Of a stretch of 64,000 nt of DNA, positions 11,331 through 26,795 are shown piece by piece; within the stretch, counting starts at the first letter, position 1; each line of letters opens with the position of its first letter. The position numbers and the translations under genes are program-made. Source of the stretch: Octopus sinensis (Eukaryota); assembly GCF_006345805.1 (NCBI RefSeq), contig NC_042997.1, positions 143,468,001 through 143,532,000 of the forward strand, given 5' to 3'. The notes below the pieces were generated by a model. It saw only the letters and a program-made list of their open reading frames with translations. It searched no databases and was not told where the DNA came from.

Positions 11331-11924
11331 ATAATCAATATCAGACTTTATTAAACTAAGTTCAATAAATGTTATCATATAAATGAAATGAAGCTGATTG
11401 GATGTTAAAATGGATTATATAATAACAAGTTGAAGCATTTATACTCAATATTAAGAATATTAAAACATTTGAACTCACAGACACAGTTATTTAAGGATCT
11501 ATACACCAAAAATATAGTCACTCATATATTTGTCAATAGAATGGGCATATTAATCAAAGTACACAGTATTATAGATCCATTTCAGCTGATCTTAATAATT
11601 AAATTCACAGAAGATAGTAGATAATCAGACAGATAGTTATCTAAGAACCACGATCGCCAGAGTGATAATATGGAAAAAATGGCGACTTCTTTCTGTTATT
11701 GGAGGTGACGAAGTGGTACATCGGGTTTGTGGGTACTGTGAAAAAGTCGAAACGAAGACGCGAGAGGCAACTAAAGGTTGGGGTTTCAAACGAAAGTTAT
11801 TTCTCTTCTCTCTTAAAGCTATGAGTTGTAACAGCCAGCAAATGTGGAGTTTAGGTGATGTTGTTATGTGTGTAGTCCGCTCAGCTGGTAGATAAATGAG
11901 TAGTATCTATATTTCAAGGGGTCT

Positions 11925-12090
11925 GCCTAGTCACACTCTGTGTCAAGCTGAATCTCCCTGAGAAGTATGTGAAGGGGTACGCATGTCTGCACGGTGCCCA
12001 GCCATTTGCACGTTAATCTCACGAACAAGCTGTTTCGTTGATCGGATCAACTGAAACCCTCGTCATCGTCGTAAGCGACGGAGTACCAGT
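11925..12090 (+). mobile_element. SINE family C, 3' tail fragment
   Basis: Reverse-complement similarity to 20365-20520 and 32603-32760. Confidence 0.75.
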
Positions 12091-12189
12091 AGGGGTCTGA
12101 AGGGGGACAAGGCGGGCGTCCAAATGCTTAATCTCGTGTGTGGGTGCATACGCGTATGTGTGTTAAGTGTATACAAATTCACATACATT

Positions 12190-12480
12190 CACACACTTAT
12201 ATGAAAACTGTATAGAAGCCCATCATATATATCTATGTGTGTATGCATGCATACGTGTGTGTGTGTGTGTGTGAATGCATATGTATGTCCTTGTGTTTGT
12301 TGGTCCTCCACTACCATTTGAAAACTGGTGTTCGTTTGTTTACGTTCCATAACTTAGTGGTTCTTTAAACGCGACAAATAGAAGTACCAGGCTTAAAGCA
12401 TGCATTGAGGTCGACCTGTTCGACTAACCGTACAAGGCGGTGTTCCAGCATGGCCGCAACTTCATGAAGGAAATAAGTAA
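12190..12480 (+). mobile_element. SINE family A, degenerate 3' portion
   Basis: Similar to 60830-61060 (TTCGACTAA..GGCGGTG.TCCAGCATGGCCGCA). Confidence 0.7.
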
Positions 12481-12494
12481 AAGAAGCTGAAAAG

Positions 12495-12900
12495 GAAAAC
12501 AACGAAATGAAGTAAGGTATTTTGCTCGGCGTGGCAGAATCGTTACAGCATCGCATATAATAACGATTTTAAATTTTTTCCACAAGGGCAGCTTAGGGAA
12601 GGGAGTAAGTCGATTACATCGACCCCTGTGCGTGACTGGTACTAATTTTAATCGCCCACGAAAGGATGAAGGGCAAAGTCGGCCTCGGCGGAATTTGAAC
12701 TCAAGTATCGCATATAATAATGCTTTGCGTTATTTGTTCGGGCGCATTACGTTCTGAGTTCAAATCCAAAGGAGATCAGCTTTGTCATTCATACTTCCAA
12801 AGTCGATTAACTAAACTAGATTTCAAGTATTGAAATTGGTAGAGTCAATTGGCTCTTAACTTGAAATTCGAGACTCTGTTCCCAAGTTTCAAAACGATTT
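12495..12900. mobile_element. SINE family B fragments in opposite orientations
   Basis: Matches to the GTCGATTACATCGACCCC and GAAAGGATGAA.GGCAAAGTCG.CCTCGGCGGAATTTGAACTC family motifs. Confidence 0.65.
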
Positions 12901-13446
12901 TGTTTTCTAGTGGCTGTGTGGGCTGTGTGTAAAAAGTTTGTTTCCAAACCTCATGGTTCTGAGTTCAGTCTTACAGCATGGCACCTATATATATACATGC
13001 ATCCTCTTCCAAGTAAGTTTTGTCTTAATAATTTTGATGCACACTCTATACGATCTCTTTACTCTTTTGTTTTTCTCTCTTTCTCTTTCTTATTCTTTTA
13101 CCTCCTCTTCTTCCACTATTCTATCCTATTACTCTGTCACTCTCTCCCTCACTTCTCCTCCATTGCTCACGTGGCTCCCACGTGACCATCGGCCATCTTT
13201 CTTTCTTCTTGTGTTTCTTTTTTCCTCTCCGTTTTAGCTGGAACAAGGAAGGCGTATTCTTGTTTGTCTCCTGTCCAAGCTTGATTTACGCGTTCGCCAC
13301 CACAACCTCGTTTAGGCTTAGCAGCCCTTCCTGTTTGTTTTCTTTGTTTGTGTTACCAGTTTTGACCCTCTGCAAAACCCCAAATTTAATTTGCTTTGCG
13401 GGAGCAACTGTTTTATCGAAAGCGCATATTGTTGTTAAATGCTCGA

Positions 13447-13808
13447 AATATTAAGATATTACAACGTAGAGAACATAGACATATTCATACTTCAATGCAG
13501 ATATATAGAGTCAGTATTACCTTATATTAATTTACAAAAAGTCATTAATGTTAATATCAATACTGTTATCAATATCATTAATGCTACCAATATCATATTG
13601 CTAATTATGTGATATATGTATTGTTTTATTAGTATTAATGTTATTGGAAATAAGAACAATGGTATTGGTAGCATTAATGATATTGATAACAGTATTGATA
13701 TTAACATTAATGACTTTTTGTAAATTAATATAAGGTAATACTGACTCTATATATCTGCATTGAAGTATGAATATGTCTATGTTCTCTACGTTGTAATATC
13801 TTAATATT
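13447..13808. repeat. Near-perfect foldback, 150-bp arms with 1 mismatch, 62-nt loop
   Basis: 13447-13596 versus the reverse complement of 13659-13808. Confidence 0.97.
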
Positions 13809-14004
13809 AAGTTGAAAAACATTGAATATGGAACATATATATATATTTTATTGATTTATATTATTTGTATTATTATGTATATATATATGTGTATGTATAA
13901 GAATATGAGTATATGCACTCATATATATATATATATAAATGATTTATTATGGGTATGTACCCACACTTATATGAGTATATATATAATTTGATTTATACTT
14001 TAGA

Positions 14005-14131
14005 ATCTCCGAAGAGGCCTTAAGATATCTTTGTGAATGTCTCAATTTTAACTTCATATTGGCATACTATACATGGCTAATATAGGTAAAATGAGGCATA
14101 TTTATCTACATGGCCGAAACAGCTGTAAGAT
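14005..14131 (+). ncRNA. Type I hammerhead motif (CCGAAGA core, 92-nt loop II, palindromic helix III)
   Basis: ATCT-CCGAAGA-GGCC-(loop)-GGCC-GAAAC-AGCT-GTA-AGAT; helices I and II are perfectly paired. Confidence 0.65.
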
Positions 14132-14528
14132 ATAGTGTATATTTATATTTATATCTATTTATATTTATTTATTTATACCCTCTTATAATGATTGTACTTT
14201 TCGTATTGTATTACTCATTCATGTACGCTGTTTTGTTATATATTTTTATGTTTAACCCTAATGTTCTTATGTAGTGGTCTAATAAAGTATATGATTGGGT
14301 ATTATCTGGTAGTTGATAAATGATTTAGATGTATTTCTCCATTTTCTTATTTTGTATTATTAATTTATGGTAAAAATAATTTTACCTTTGCCAATGTAAT
14401 ACAGTAAATGAATTAATTGCATCGCAATTCTTAACATTTATGTATTAACTTTGTTGGGTACTTCACTAGCAGTATATTGGATATATGTTATCCCATGGAG
14501 GGTTGAATTTGCAACTCCTATCTCAATT

Positions 14529-14562
<34 letters not shown>

Positions 14563-14655
14563 ATATATATATAATATATATATATATGCACACGTATAGA
14601 TGTAAGTATGTACATATACGTATGTATATATGCATATATATATATATTATTATAT

Positions 14656-14694
<39 letters not shown>

Positions 14695-14856
14695 ATGTGT
14701 GTGTGTCTATGTGTGTGTGTGTGTGTGTGGAGCAAGTTACGCTCGGCCCAGAAACTGGAACTACTGATGAACTAGAGCCAGTGATCACCAAAAAGGGGAT
14801 ATTTGGTGAGTCTGTAATCGTGCCTCGAGCCAAGTGTAAAGTGTTGTCTTTAGACT

Positions 14857-15431
14857 ATGATGATGATGATGACGACGATGACGACGATGACGACGATGAT
14901 GATAATGAGAGTGGTAGTGATGATGATGATAATGATGGTGATGACGATGATGATGGCAATGACACTGGCAGCGGTGATTATGCCCATGACAACAGCAGTG
15001 GCAGTGAACATAATGATGACGACGACGACGATGACGATGATGATGACGATGATGATGTTGATGATGATAATGGTAGTGAGGACGATGACGACAATGACAA
15101 TGACGGCGGCGACAATGTTGATGATGACAGTGATGAAAACGTGGATGACAACGATGGCGTTGATGACGACGACGATGACAGCGATGATAAGAATGATGGA
15201 TGATGATGATGATGATAATGATGATGACGACGACGACGATGGTGATGATGGTGATGATGATGATGAAATTGGTAGTGATGAAGATAACGGGGACGGCAGT
15301 AAAGATGACAACGATGACGATGTTGAGGATGGCGGCGGCGACGACAATGTTGCTGATGGTAACGGTGATGGTAACGTGGATGACGACGATGGCGATGACG
15401 ACGACGACGACAACAGCGGTGACAAGAATGA

Positions 15432-15467
<36 letters not shown>
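14857..15467. repeat. Degenerate (GAT/GAC)n trinucleotide array with about 235-bp higher-order duplication
   Basis: A unit ending GA(T/C)AAGAATGATGGATGATGAT occurs at about 15186 and 15421. Confidence 0.9.
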
Positions 15468-16069
15468 CACAAAAAGTATTCGTGAAACATTTCTAAATAT
15501 ATTTACTTAAAATTTTTTTCTTCTTCTGCTGTCCTGATAGAAACAGATATATCTATGTTGATTATACAAAGAACTGAGCAAAAACCCAATAAAAAACCAA
15601 AACAAAAAAAAAACCAATAAAAAACAACTTAAAAAAATAACAACACAAGAACCCCCCCAAAAAAACAAAAAAAACAACAAAAACAAAGCCAAAAAACAAA
15701 AGTAACACCAGAACAAAAAAAAAAAGCAAAAACAAAAAGCATACAAGGAAAAGATAAAAAAAAAACCTCCAAAAAATTTATCGGCTGATGAATACCGTTT
15801 GCCCTTGATTCATTTTTGCTGATTGGCATCAGTAAATATTGGTTTTGACAAACTATTTAGATAACGTTTCCGTGAGTTACGTTTCCGTGAGTTACGTTTT
15901 CCTTATTTTACTATTCATATCAGATTTTTCTTTGCACTGGAAAATATGTATGGCATTAAATGAGCGCTAGCTTGCAGTTGCGGTCCTCAGTTTAATGCAG
16001 AGACAGAGATAAAAAAAACCCCAAAGAAAATACACCCCCCCCTCAAAAAAAAACCGGAGCTTGTGTTGA

Positions 16070-18560
<2,491 letters not shown>

Positions 18561-19019
18561 ACGATGCACACAGACATATGTCTACGCGCCCAGGGAGAAA
18601 GAAATGTTGGTAGAGAGTGAAACAGAAACGAGAAAGAGCGTATGCATTCTGCTGCGGCCGCATTATTCTTAAAACAATACGTCATTCATCTGGTGATGTT
18701 TAGTTTATAGTCGACACATTCCTGTCAATACATACAGCTATAATATTTATTTGCTGTTCCTTACTTAAATCTGTTTTCCTGTTCAGTTAACAAGAAAGCT
18801 AAATCAATAGGAGACACCAGAGATGCATATCTATAATTTGGTTATTGTTGCTGTCGTTGCTTTATAACCCTAGGTATACTCCGATCCGCTACACCAGTTG
18901 TTTTCAAACTGGGGTTCATATGGCCCCTGAGGGTTCATAAAAGGGTTTTAGGGGGTCCATGCAACAAATAAGTTAATTGGGGGGATCTACAATAATATTT
19001 TAAGGACTCTCTTTCTCTC

Positions 19020-19350
19020 TTTTCTCTTTTACTTGTTTCAGTCATTTGACTGCGGCCATGCTGGAGCACCACCTTTAGTCGAGCAAATCGACCCCAGGAC
19101 TTATTCTTTGTAAGCCCAGTACTTATTCTATCGGTCTCTTTTGCCGAACCGCTAAGTGACGGGGACGTAAACACACCAGCATCGGTGGTCAAGCAATGCT
19201 AGGGGGACAAACACAAACACACACACACACACACATACATATATATATACATATATACGACAGGCTTCTTTCAGTTTCCGTCTACCAAATCCACTCACAA
19301 GGCATTGGTCGGCCCGGGGCTATAGCAGAAGACACTTGCCCAAGATGCCA
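19020..19350 (-). mobile_element. SINE family A, 5'-truncated
   Basis: Near-identical reverse complement of about 60770-61090. Confidence 0.9.
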
Positions 19351-19779
19351 CTTGAAAAAAATCTTTATTTTGATGTGTGTATCGGTATTTATTGCAAGAA
19401 ACAGATAAATTTCTTTCCCTAACATTTTCATAGTTGAACCTACACAAGTCAATGTGTGAATAACAAAATAGAAATTTCGAAAGAAGTTTCTATAAAACTA
19501 ATTTTTAAACATTGAATGGCTAGGGAGGTTCACTAGAATAAAATAATAATCAAAAGGATCCATAAATAAAAAAATGTTCTAAAGATAGAAAAAAAAAGGA
19601 ACACACGCTCTACACCTTTGATCGAAGGAATTCAGTTTGTGACCAATATCTTACTAAACACACACAAACACACACACACACCACACACACATATATACAC
19701 ATACACAGACACACAATCACACACGCATACGCACTTATATACGCATATGTACCTTTTGTTTTTGTGGCCTTTGGAATCT

Positions 19780-21030
19780 ATAGAGATGATGCCCTACCTA
19801 TGCCCCTGTTCATGAACTGCAATGGCCCTATTCAAACTCGTTCTGAGGAAAGACATTATTATCCAGATATTCAAGTACTTCAGTGTAAAGGTCATTCTCG
19901 ACACCAACAGTGGTCAATTTTCTAGATGTGTCACTGAACTTGTTTATACTCCTATCACAGGTTCACTCCTCGCACAGAAACATCTAAAGAAAGAAATAGG
20001 TGTCCGAACATCCCATGGTTCATTCCTCCTTATTATTTTGACGTTGCTACCGACATTGGCAAAATCGTTTTAACGTTGCTAGAAACACACTTACCTGTTA
20101 ATTACTGGTACAGAAAACTTTTTAATAGACGCAAGTTTTAGATGCGTCATAACTCCAAAGCCTAGTTTCACACAAATATACACCACCTAGAGAAGCCGGC
20201 TGTTCTTGTAGAAATAGAATGTTGTGCCCACTGGATAATGCTTGTAATATCCAGTTTATAACATATGAAGCATCAGTAAGAGCAACTAATACAGACAACA
20301 TTAAGAGGTACGTGGGGCTTTCGAAAGGCAAATTTAAAGCAATATACAATAAGGAAGCACTCCGTCGGTTACGAGGACGAGGGTTCCGGTTGATCCGAAT
20401 CAACGGAACAGCCTGCTCGTGAAATTAACGTGTAAGTGGCTGAGCACTCCACAGACATGTGTACCCTTAACGTAGTTCTCGGGGATATTCAGCGTGACAC
20501 AGAGAGTGACAAGGCCGGTCCTTTGAAATACAGGTACAACAGAAACAGGAAGTAAGAGTGAGAGAAAGTTGTGGTGAAAGAGTACAGCAGGGATCACCAC
20601 CATCCTCTGCCGGAGCCTCGTGGAGCTTTAGGTGTTTTCGCTCAATACACACTCACAACGCCCGGTCTGGGAATCGAAACCGCGATCCTATGACCGCGAG
20701 TCCGCTGCCCTAACCACTGGGCCATTGCACCTCCACTAGCAAGATACAACAACCTTTACTTTAGAAAATGGAGCAAATGCAACACGACAAAGCTCACCAG
20801 TTACATTTAGGATTCGAAAGAGAGGCCCTTCAACAACTCCATTAGCTAGAACATCCTAAAAAGATGCAAATCTTACATCAATAATAGAAGGAGATGCAGG
20901 TCTGTAATGTAGAAAAGTGGCTTATTCTGAAGAGCTCACTGGACCCTAGCGCTTATTTAAATGCCAAAAGCGAAACATTTGAAATCTAGCCGCACGCCAT
21001 GAGGTACATCCTTAAATTTTTATCTCCTAA
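19780..21030 (+). mobile_element. Penelope-like element remnant (linker plus GIY-YIG endonuclease), interrupted by a SINE
   Basis: LAKSF.TLLETHLPVNYWYRKLFNRR, C(S)CRNRMLCPLDNACNIQFITYEASV, YVGLSKGKFK, then after the SINE ARYNN, NILKRCKSY, CR.CNVEK, LNAKSE. The order is typical of Penelope-type GIY-YIG domains. Confidence 0.8.
20365..20735 (-). mobile_element. SINE family C, near full length, tRNA-derived head
   Basis: Minus-strand head GGAGGTGCAATGGCCCAGTGGTTAGGGCAGCGGACTCGCGGTCATAGGATCGCGGTTTCGATTCCCAG has A and B boxes. Imperfect TSD AGCAATATACAA/AGCAAGATACAA. Confidence 0.85.
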
Positions 21031-21413
21031 GACACATAATCAGCCAGAGGCTCCGTGAACTTTTATACTGTATACTAGTTACTACTATTTTTATTATATT
21101 TATTAATTTTTATTTTATTTGTACGGACAGTATTATTCTCATTAATTCATATAGAATTATGTAGGCGTTCATAGATTTGCTAGTGCGTATGGGTATCATG
21201 TGTATGTGTGCGTGTATTAGTGTGTACCTGCAGCTATGTACATAGATTTATTTTTGGTATTTTTATATCTTTCTGTTACTTTATATTCCTAATCTTTTAT
21301 AAAATTTTACGAGTTTTCACCACCTACCGCCTACTACCATACATTTAAATTCATATTCTACATTTTTCTAAATTTTTCAGATATTTTTTCATATTAATAA
21401 TTTTTATTCACTT

Positions 21414-21451
<38 letters not shown>

Positions 21452-21487
21452 TCTATCTATATCTATATATGTATACACACGCACGTA

Positions 21488-21531
<44 letters not shown>

Positions 21532-22096
21532 AACATCTATATATACTGTCAAGGGAGGGTCATTATTATATATGTAATATATTATATATTTTTAGGAGGA
21601 ACTGTATATATATTTTCTCCTAAAATACACGTACACGTAAATTTTATTTACACAATTTTAAATACTTTTAGCTAACTCCGCGTTCGTTTTTTAATATACA
21701 TATATATGGTGTATATACATACATACATTCATACATACATACATACATACGTGTGTGGATGTATAAGCATGCATGTATATGTGTGTGTTTACATATACAT
21801 ATACTTCACAATGCTTTAAAGCGCAGAAGGCTCATTTTATATCATAGTATTGTTATTTAATATATTTTATTTTATTCCAAATTACACGATATTATTATGT
21901 TATATTATATCATATTAAACCACATCAATCAATTTCATTTTATTTTATATATATTCAAATTTTTAATCATACACCATCTTCATGTATATATCATGATTTT
22001 GCGAAAGAAAAATAACCCCCCAAAATCTCACAATTATCTCTAGCAAAGTTGTTCGCTTGAATAGTTTCATGGTTCAGTTAAATGGTTCTCTTAGAT

Positions 22097-22270
22097 CTTT
22101 CTTCTTCTTCTTCTTCTTCTTCTTCTTCTTCTTCTTCTTCTTCTTCTTCTTCTTCTTCTTCTTCTTCTTCTTCTTCTTCTTCTTCTTCTTCTTCTTCTTC
22201 TTCTTCTTCTTCTTCTTCTTCTTCTTCTTCTTCTCTTCTTCTTCTTCTTCTTCTTCTTCTTCTTCTTCTT
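22097..22270. repeat. (TTC)n microsatellite
   Basis: Direct reading. Confidence 0.98.
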
Positions 22271-22524
22271 CCCCCTCTCTCTCCTTCTCACTCCTTTCTC
22301 TGGAGGAAGTTGGCTATGTTCAAAACCGAAGTCAGTTGGGATCCACCACGTTTTAAAATGCCTGTGTCCATATCGTAATTTTACAATGGTATTCCTATAA
22401 CTCCCACAAAAGCTTTTAAGGCACCAGGCAAGTTTAAAGCACTCTAAAAGCCATCCTGCAGTCTAAGAGCTTTGTTCATTATGCTTCACTTATGCTAGTT
22501 AATGGGATCAAAATCTGTTGGAAT

Positions 22525-22690
22525 TATCCCTATAACAGCGTGGCTGTGTGGTAAGAAGCTTGCTTCCCAACTACATGGTTCTAGATTCAGTCCCACTGCG
22601 TAGCATCTTGGGCAAGTATCTTCTACTATAGCCTCGAGTAGACCTTGTGAGTGTATTTGGTAGAAAGAAACTGAAAGAAACCCGCCTTGA
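22525..22690 (+). mobile_element. SINE family A, 5' portion
   Basis: GTGGCTGTGTGGTAAGAAGCTTGCTTCCCAAC head, as at 60697. Confidence 0.85.
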
Positions 22691-22699
22691 CAATTTAAA

Positions 22700-23015
22700 A
22701 AAACTCACGATCAGGGAGAGGAAGGCTTTCCCTCAGGGAAACATATGACATGCTGCTGCAAAATCCGAAAGGATATGTCACACCTTAGGGAAACCAACTT
22801 CCTGCATTACACGTTAAGCTCTGATCTGAAACTCACAAGAGAGGTGGAAGAGAGGGCGCTGTAAAAATAGCTGGAGGCGAGATACTAAGGCAGAGTTGGA
22901 AAAATAAAAACAGGTATCCACACGAAGAGGAGCAAAAATGACAACCAAGAGTTGGGAACAGTGGAGAAAAGTCGTCGATGGTCTATGACCTATATATAGA
23001 GAGAAGGGCTTAAGT
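22700..23015 (+). mobile_element. RTE-clade LINE 3' end remnant with (TAAG)n tail
   Basis: ICHTLGKP, SCITR.AL, KRGRCKNSWRRD resemble the RTE ORF C-terminus. Confidence 0.65.
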
Positions 23016-25209
23016 AAGTAAAGATTTTATTTCAGCTTATTAGAATTTATGTTCTCAAGCTTCCCACATGAAGTGTGCTAGTCAACATTTAAATATATCA
23101 TTTAAGCTTCAAAGTGCAAATAACGTCCTGTTTAGATCCCAGTAATTTCACAACGAATTCCATCTAAATAGCTGCTTCTTATGCATTGTTCTAGCGACGT
23201 GTCTTACGACAAACAAATATGGTAACGAAGTAACAAACTTATCTCTCGCAAAATATTCATTCTATAAGAAAAGAATCCAAAGAAATTCAATGGCTTTTTT
23301 CTCTCTCTTGTATTCATCGCATCACTCAAAATGCAACACTTAATGCCACGAATTAAAGACAATAAAATTCTTTAAAATGTCAAACTGCATATAGTAAATG
23401 TATTAATGTTTATCAATAAGAACGCCATGCATAAATTTCCATATGTTATCTCTGTTATACAAATTCTTTTTACATTGGAAGAAATATTCATTGACAGCAG
23501 CAGCAGCAGCACCACCACCACCACCACCAAAACAACAACAACAAAAACTAGCGGGGCCCGTGAATATTCCACGGAATTAATGGTAAACGTATTTGGTTAT
23601 TTCTGAAAACGTTATCCCCCAAACCTGAAGGAGAAGCCTGTGTTACGTCTGTATTAAATTGGAATACGATGATTACTTAATGCACTTTATATATACACTT
23701 TATGCACACTTTTCTAGACTTAATACAAAGCACTCCCCCTCTTTCTTTCTCACTCTTCACCTTTTCTTTCAACTGATCACATGAAAGCGTTACAGACGGG
23801 CTAAGTAAGTGACGGAGAAAAAAACTTAGTTAAAAGAATTACACATTTCACTCACCACCACCTCTCCCTCACCATATCTACCCCTCTCCACCCCATATCT
23901 CGGATCTTTTCAGTCTGACCAACAAATTTTTTAATTAATTTTTTAAAACTAAACACTTTGAAACTTCGGATACAGGCAGAATGTGTCACATAGAACAGGG
24001 TTTACTTTTAACGTTTTTGACAAAATTTTAGAAGTTCTTTCGTGTTAAAGTTTTCGTCTTTCTACCCAGACATTATGGACTCTACGTGTATATCACAGGA
24101 TAGAGATTTTCCTATTCTGTTTATAAAAAAAAGTTTGGCTACTTTTTCTAGCAGGTCATGCAACAACATACAGGTTCCATCGTTGGTCTGTCTCAGTAAT
24201 AGTTTTGTTGTTATTTAGCCTCAAATAACCCTGATACAGGGTTATTTGAACTCACAGAATAGAGAAACGGAACGAATATGGCTTTAGTGACTCTGTCAGT
24301 TTGCTATATTGTATTCAGGTCTTAATATGAGATTTTCGATCCCTATCTCATGTAGTCCATTCAAGTATTTCTTCAGAAACTTTTTTTCCATATATCAATA
24401 CACCATACTTGAAAAAAAAACAACAATAAAAAAACCCCAGCAGCTACAACAATTACGAACGCCTTTGTAGCAGGACTCGAATTCGCGTTGCCACATTGCG
24501 GTTTTCAAGTCCCGACATAACAACGGCTTGAACATTTGTGAAGCTGAGTTTTCAGCCAATCAGAAGTCAGACATCATGTGAAAGATGTTTCTGGAAGGTG
24601 CTGAAATGTTTCCCTCCACGGATTATAAATAACGTAGCAAAAGGCACCAATTTGCAGTGTTAGAGCCGTCGGGCCGGAACGTTGTCTCCATTCTCGCCAA
24701 AGTCCAGTGTGCTCTTAAGAGCAGTACGAAATACACACTCTTTCTTAGTCATTTTAATGGCTATGTGCTTAGTATATAGCCAACATATGATTGCAACGGC
24801 AGACATGACACAGCTCATTTATTTATTCGTTGTTTTTAATCCAACCCCAGTGGTATATTTTCAATAGCCAGCCTTTTGCATGCTGAATTATGCTATTTTC
24901 ATCTTGCTACTTCTACTAAGGGGCAAGGGTCCAGAATTTTGTTTGGGTGTTGCTCAAAAGTTTTTTGGGTGTTGCGCAGAAGTTTTTTTTGGGTGTTGCA
25001 CTCTAGCGGGTTGGTTGGGCAACACCTAGTGGGTCCAGCAACTCATATTCTACTAAGAGTTGCCTCTCTTCTCCTTGACGGTTGCCCGGGAAACCTTGGT
25101 CCCGATTTCTTTTTGTGTCTGCTCGGCTAGAAAGGATGTTGCCCAGAGAACTAGGGTAACACTCCTGCATCCGCCACTGCTACGTGTATATTTGTAATGC
25201 ATGAACATC

Positions 25210-25641
25210 GGATCTTTTCGGTTTGAACGGCAGTTTTTAATATAATTTCTAGGTAACTAAAAAATTTTAAACTTCGTATACTAGTAGAATGTGTTTATAA
25301 AACGTCTTTTTCTCTTAGCTTTATTGAGAAAATTCTATAGTTTGTAAGATATTTGGTCTTTAATTTCTTGCATTTCGGCAATTTCAACCAATCAATGACC
25401 GTCTATTGAGGTGAAAGCATTCTGTGCCGTATGAATATGTCCCTCGTTTAAGAAACAGATTGGGTTTATTTACATTTGTGAAGGAAAAAAGATACCCTTC
25501 CCCCACCCCTAACCCTAACCCTAACCAACCCTAACCGTAAAACAGATTGAAATGCAATAGATCGATACTAGGGTCATAATTATGGGTGACAATTTCATAT
25601 GACACCGCTAGAAAAAACTGACGTTCAAACCGAACAGATCC
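25210..25641. mobile_element. Non-autonomous TIR element with internal (CCCTAA)n
   Basis: About 28-bp TIRs GGATCT(T/G)TTCGGTTTGAACG(G/T)CAGTTTTT; telomere-type repeats at 25507-25536. Confidence 0.8.
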
Positions 25642-26532
25642 TGGACATCTTATTACTTGAGCAACGATGATAATCCATGTTTAAATGTTTGCTTGGTGTT
25701 GCTTAGTTATTATACACAGCCTAGCCAAATATCTATTGCCCACCTAACCAAACCCACATTTGGTTACCCCGAGGTGATTCGAACACGCAATCACATTTGG
25801 TGAACCCAACGTTTGACACAAGCTAAACTGGTGAACTCGACGTACTATTCACACAGTTTCATCTAACAGGAAAACAACAGCATAGATGTGATTCCAACAA
25901 TATTGGCACACGCCGCCAAACAACACTTTCTACTCTGATAGCTGTAACGCTATAAAACAGCTATCGTATCATTAGATGGACATCTTCACTGAGAAGATAC
26001 CTAATTATTTAGCCTACTTATATTACTAAACGAATAGGGTTTTTGTTAAGCTTCCAAACGTGTTATATTTACGGCGACCGCCTTCGCTGATTAGTTTTAA
26101 ATGACTTACTAAGAAAGCCACCATTCGACAATGGAGTACTTTGTCTATCGGTCCGTCCATCTATCCGTTTATTTGTCTCTATATTGTAAGCCTTTCCTGT
26201 ATAAGAGGCGACAATTACGCCGAAACATCGTGTCTAGTAGTCCACTTATATTACTTGGAGCAAGTGTATTGTTTACATATAGCGTCGTCGTCTATAAAGA
26301 GAAGTAGTTCTCTGATAAGAGACCCAACAGCGAACAGACAGTATCACGTTTGAATGTAGAGGAACGTGATAAAAATGAATAAAGGCATCAATATTTTGAT
26401 ACTCGCTGTTTTGCGTGCTTATCAGGATTTAATCTTGTCTTTTTTCTCCTCTTATATTCATGGTTCTCTCTCTCTCATATATATATATATATACACACAC
26501 ACACAAAATATATATAGACATACAAACAAACG

Positions 26533-26795
<263 letters not shown>

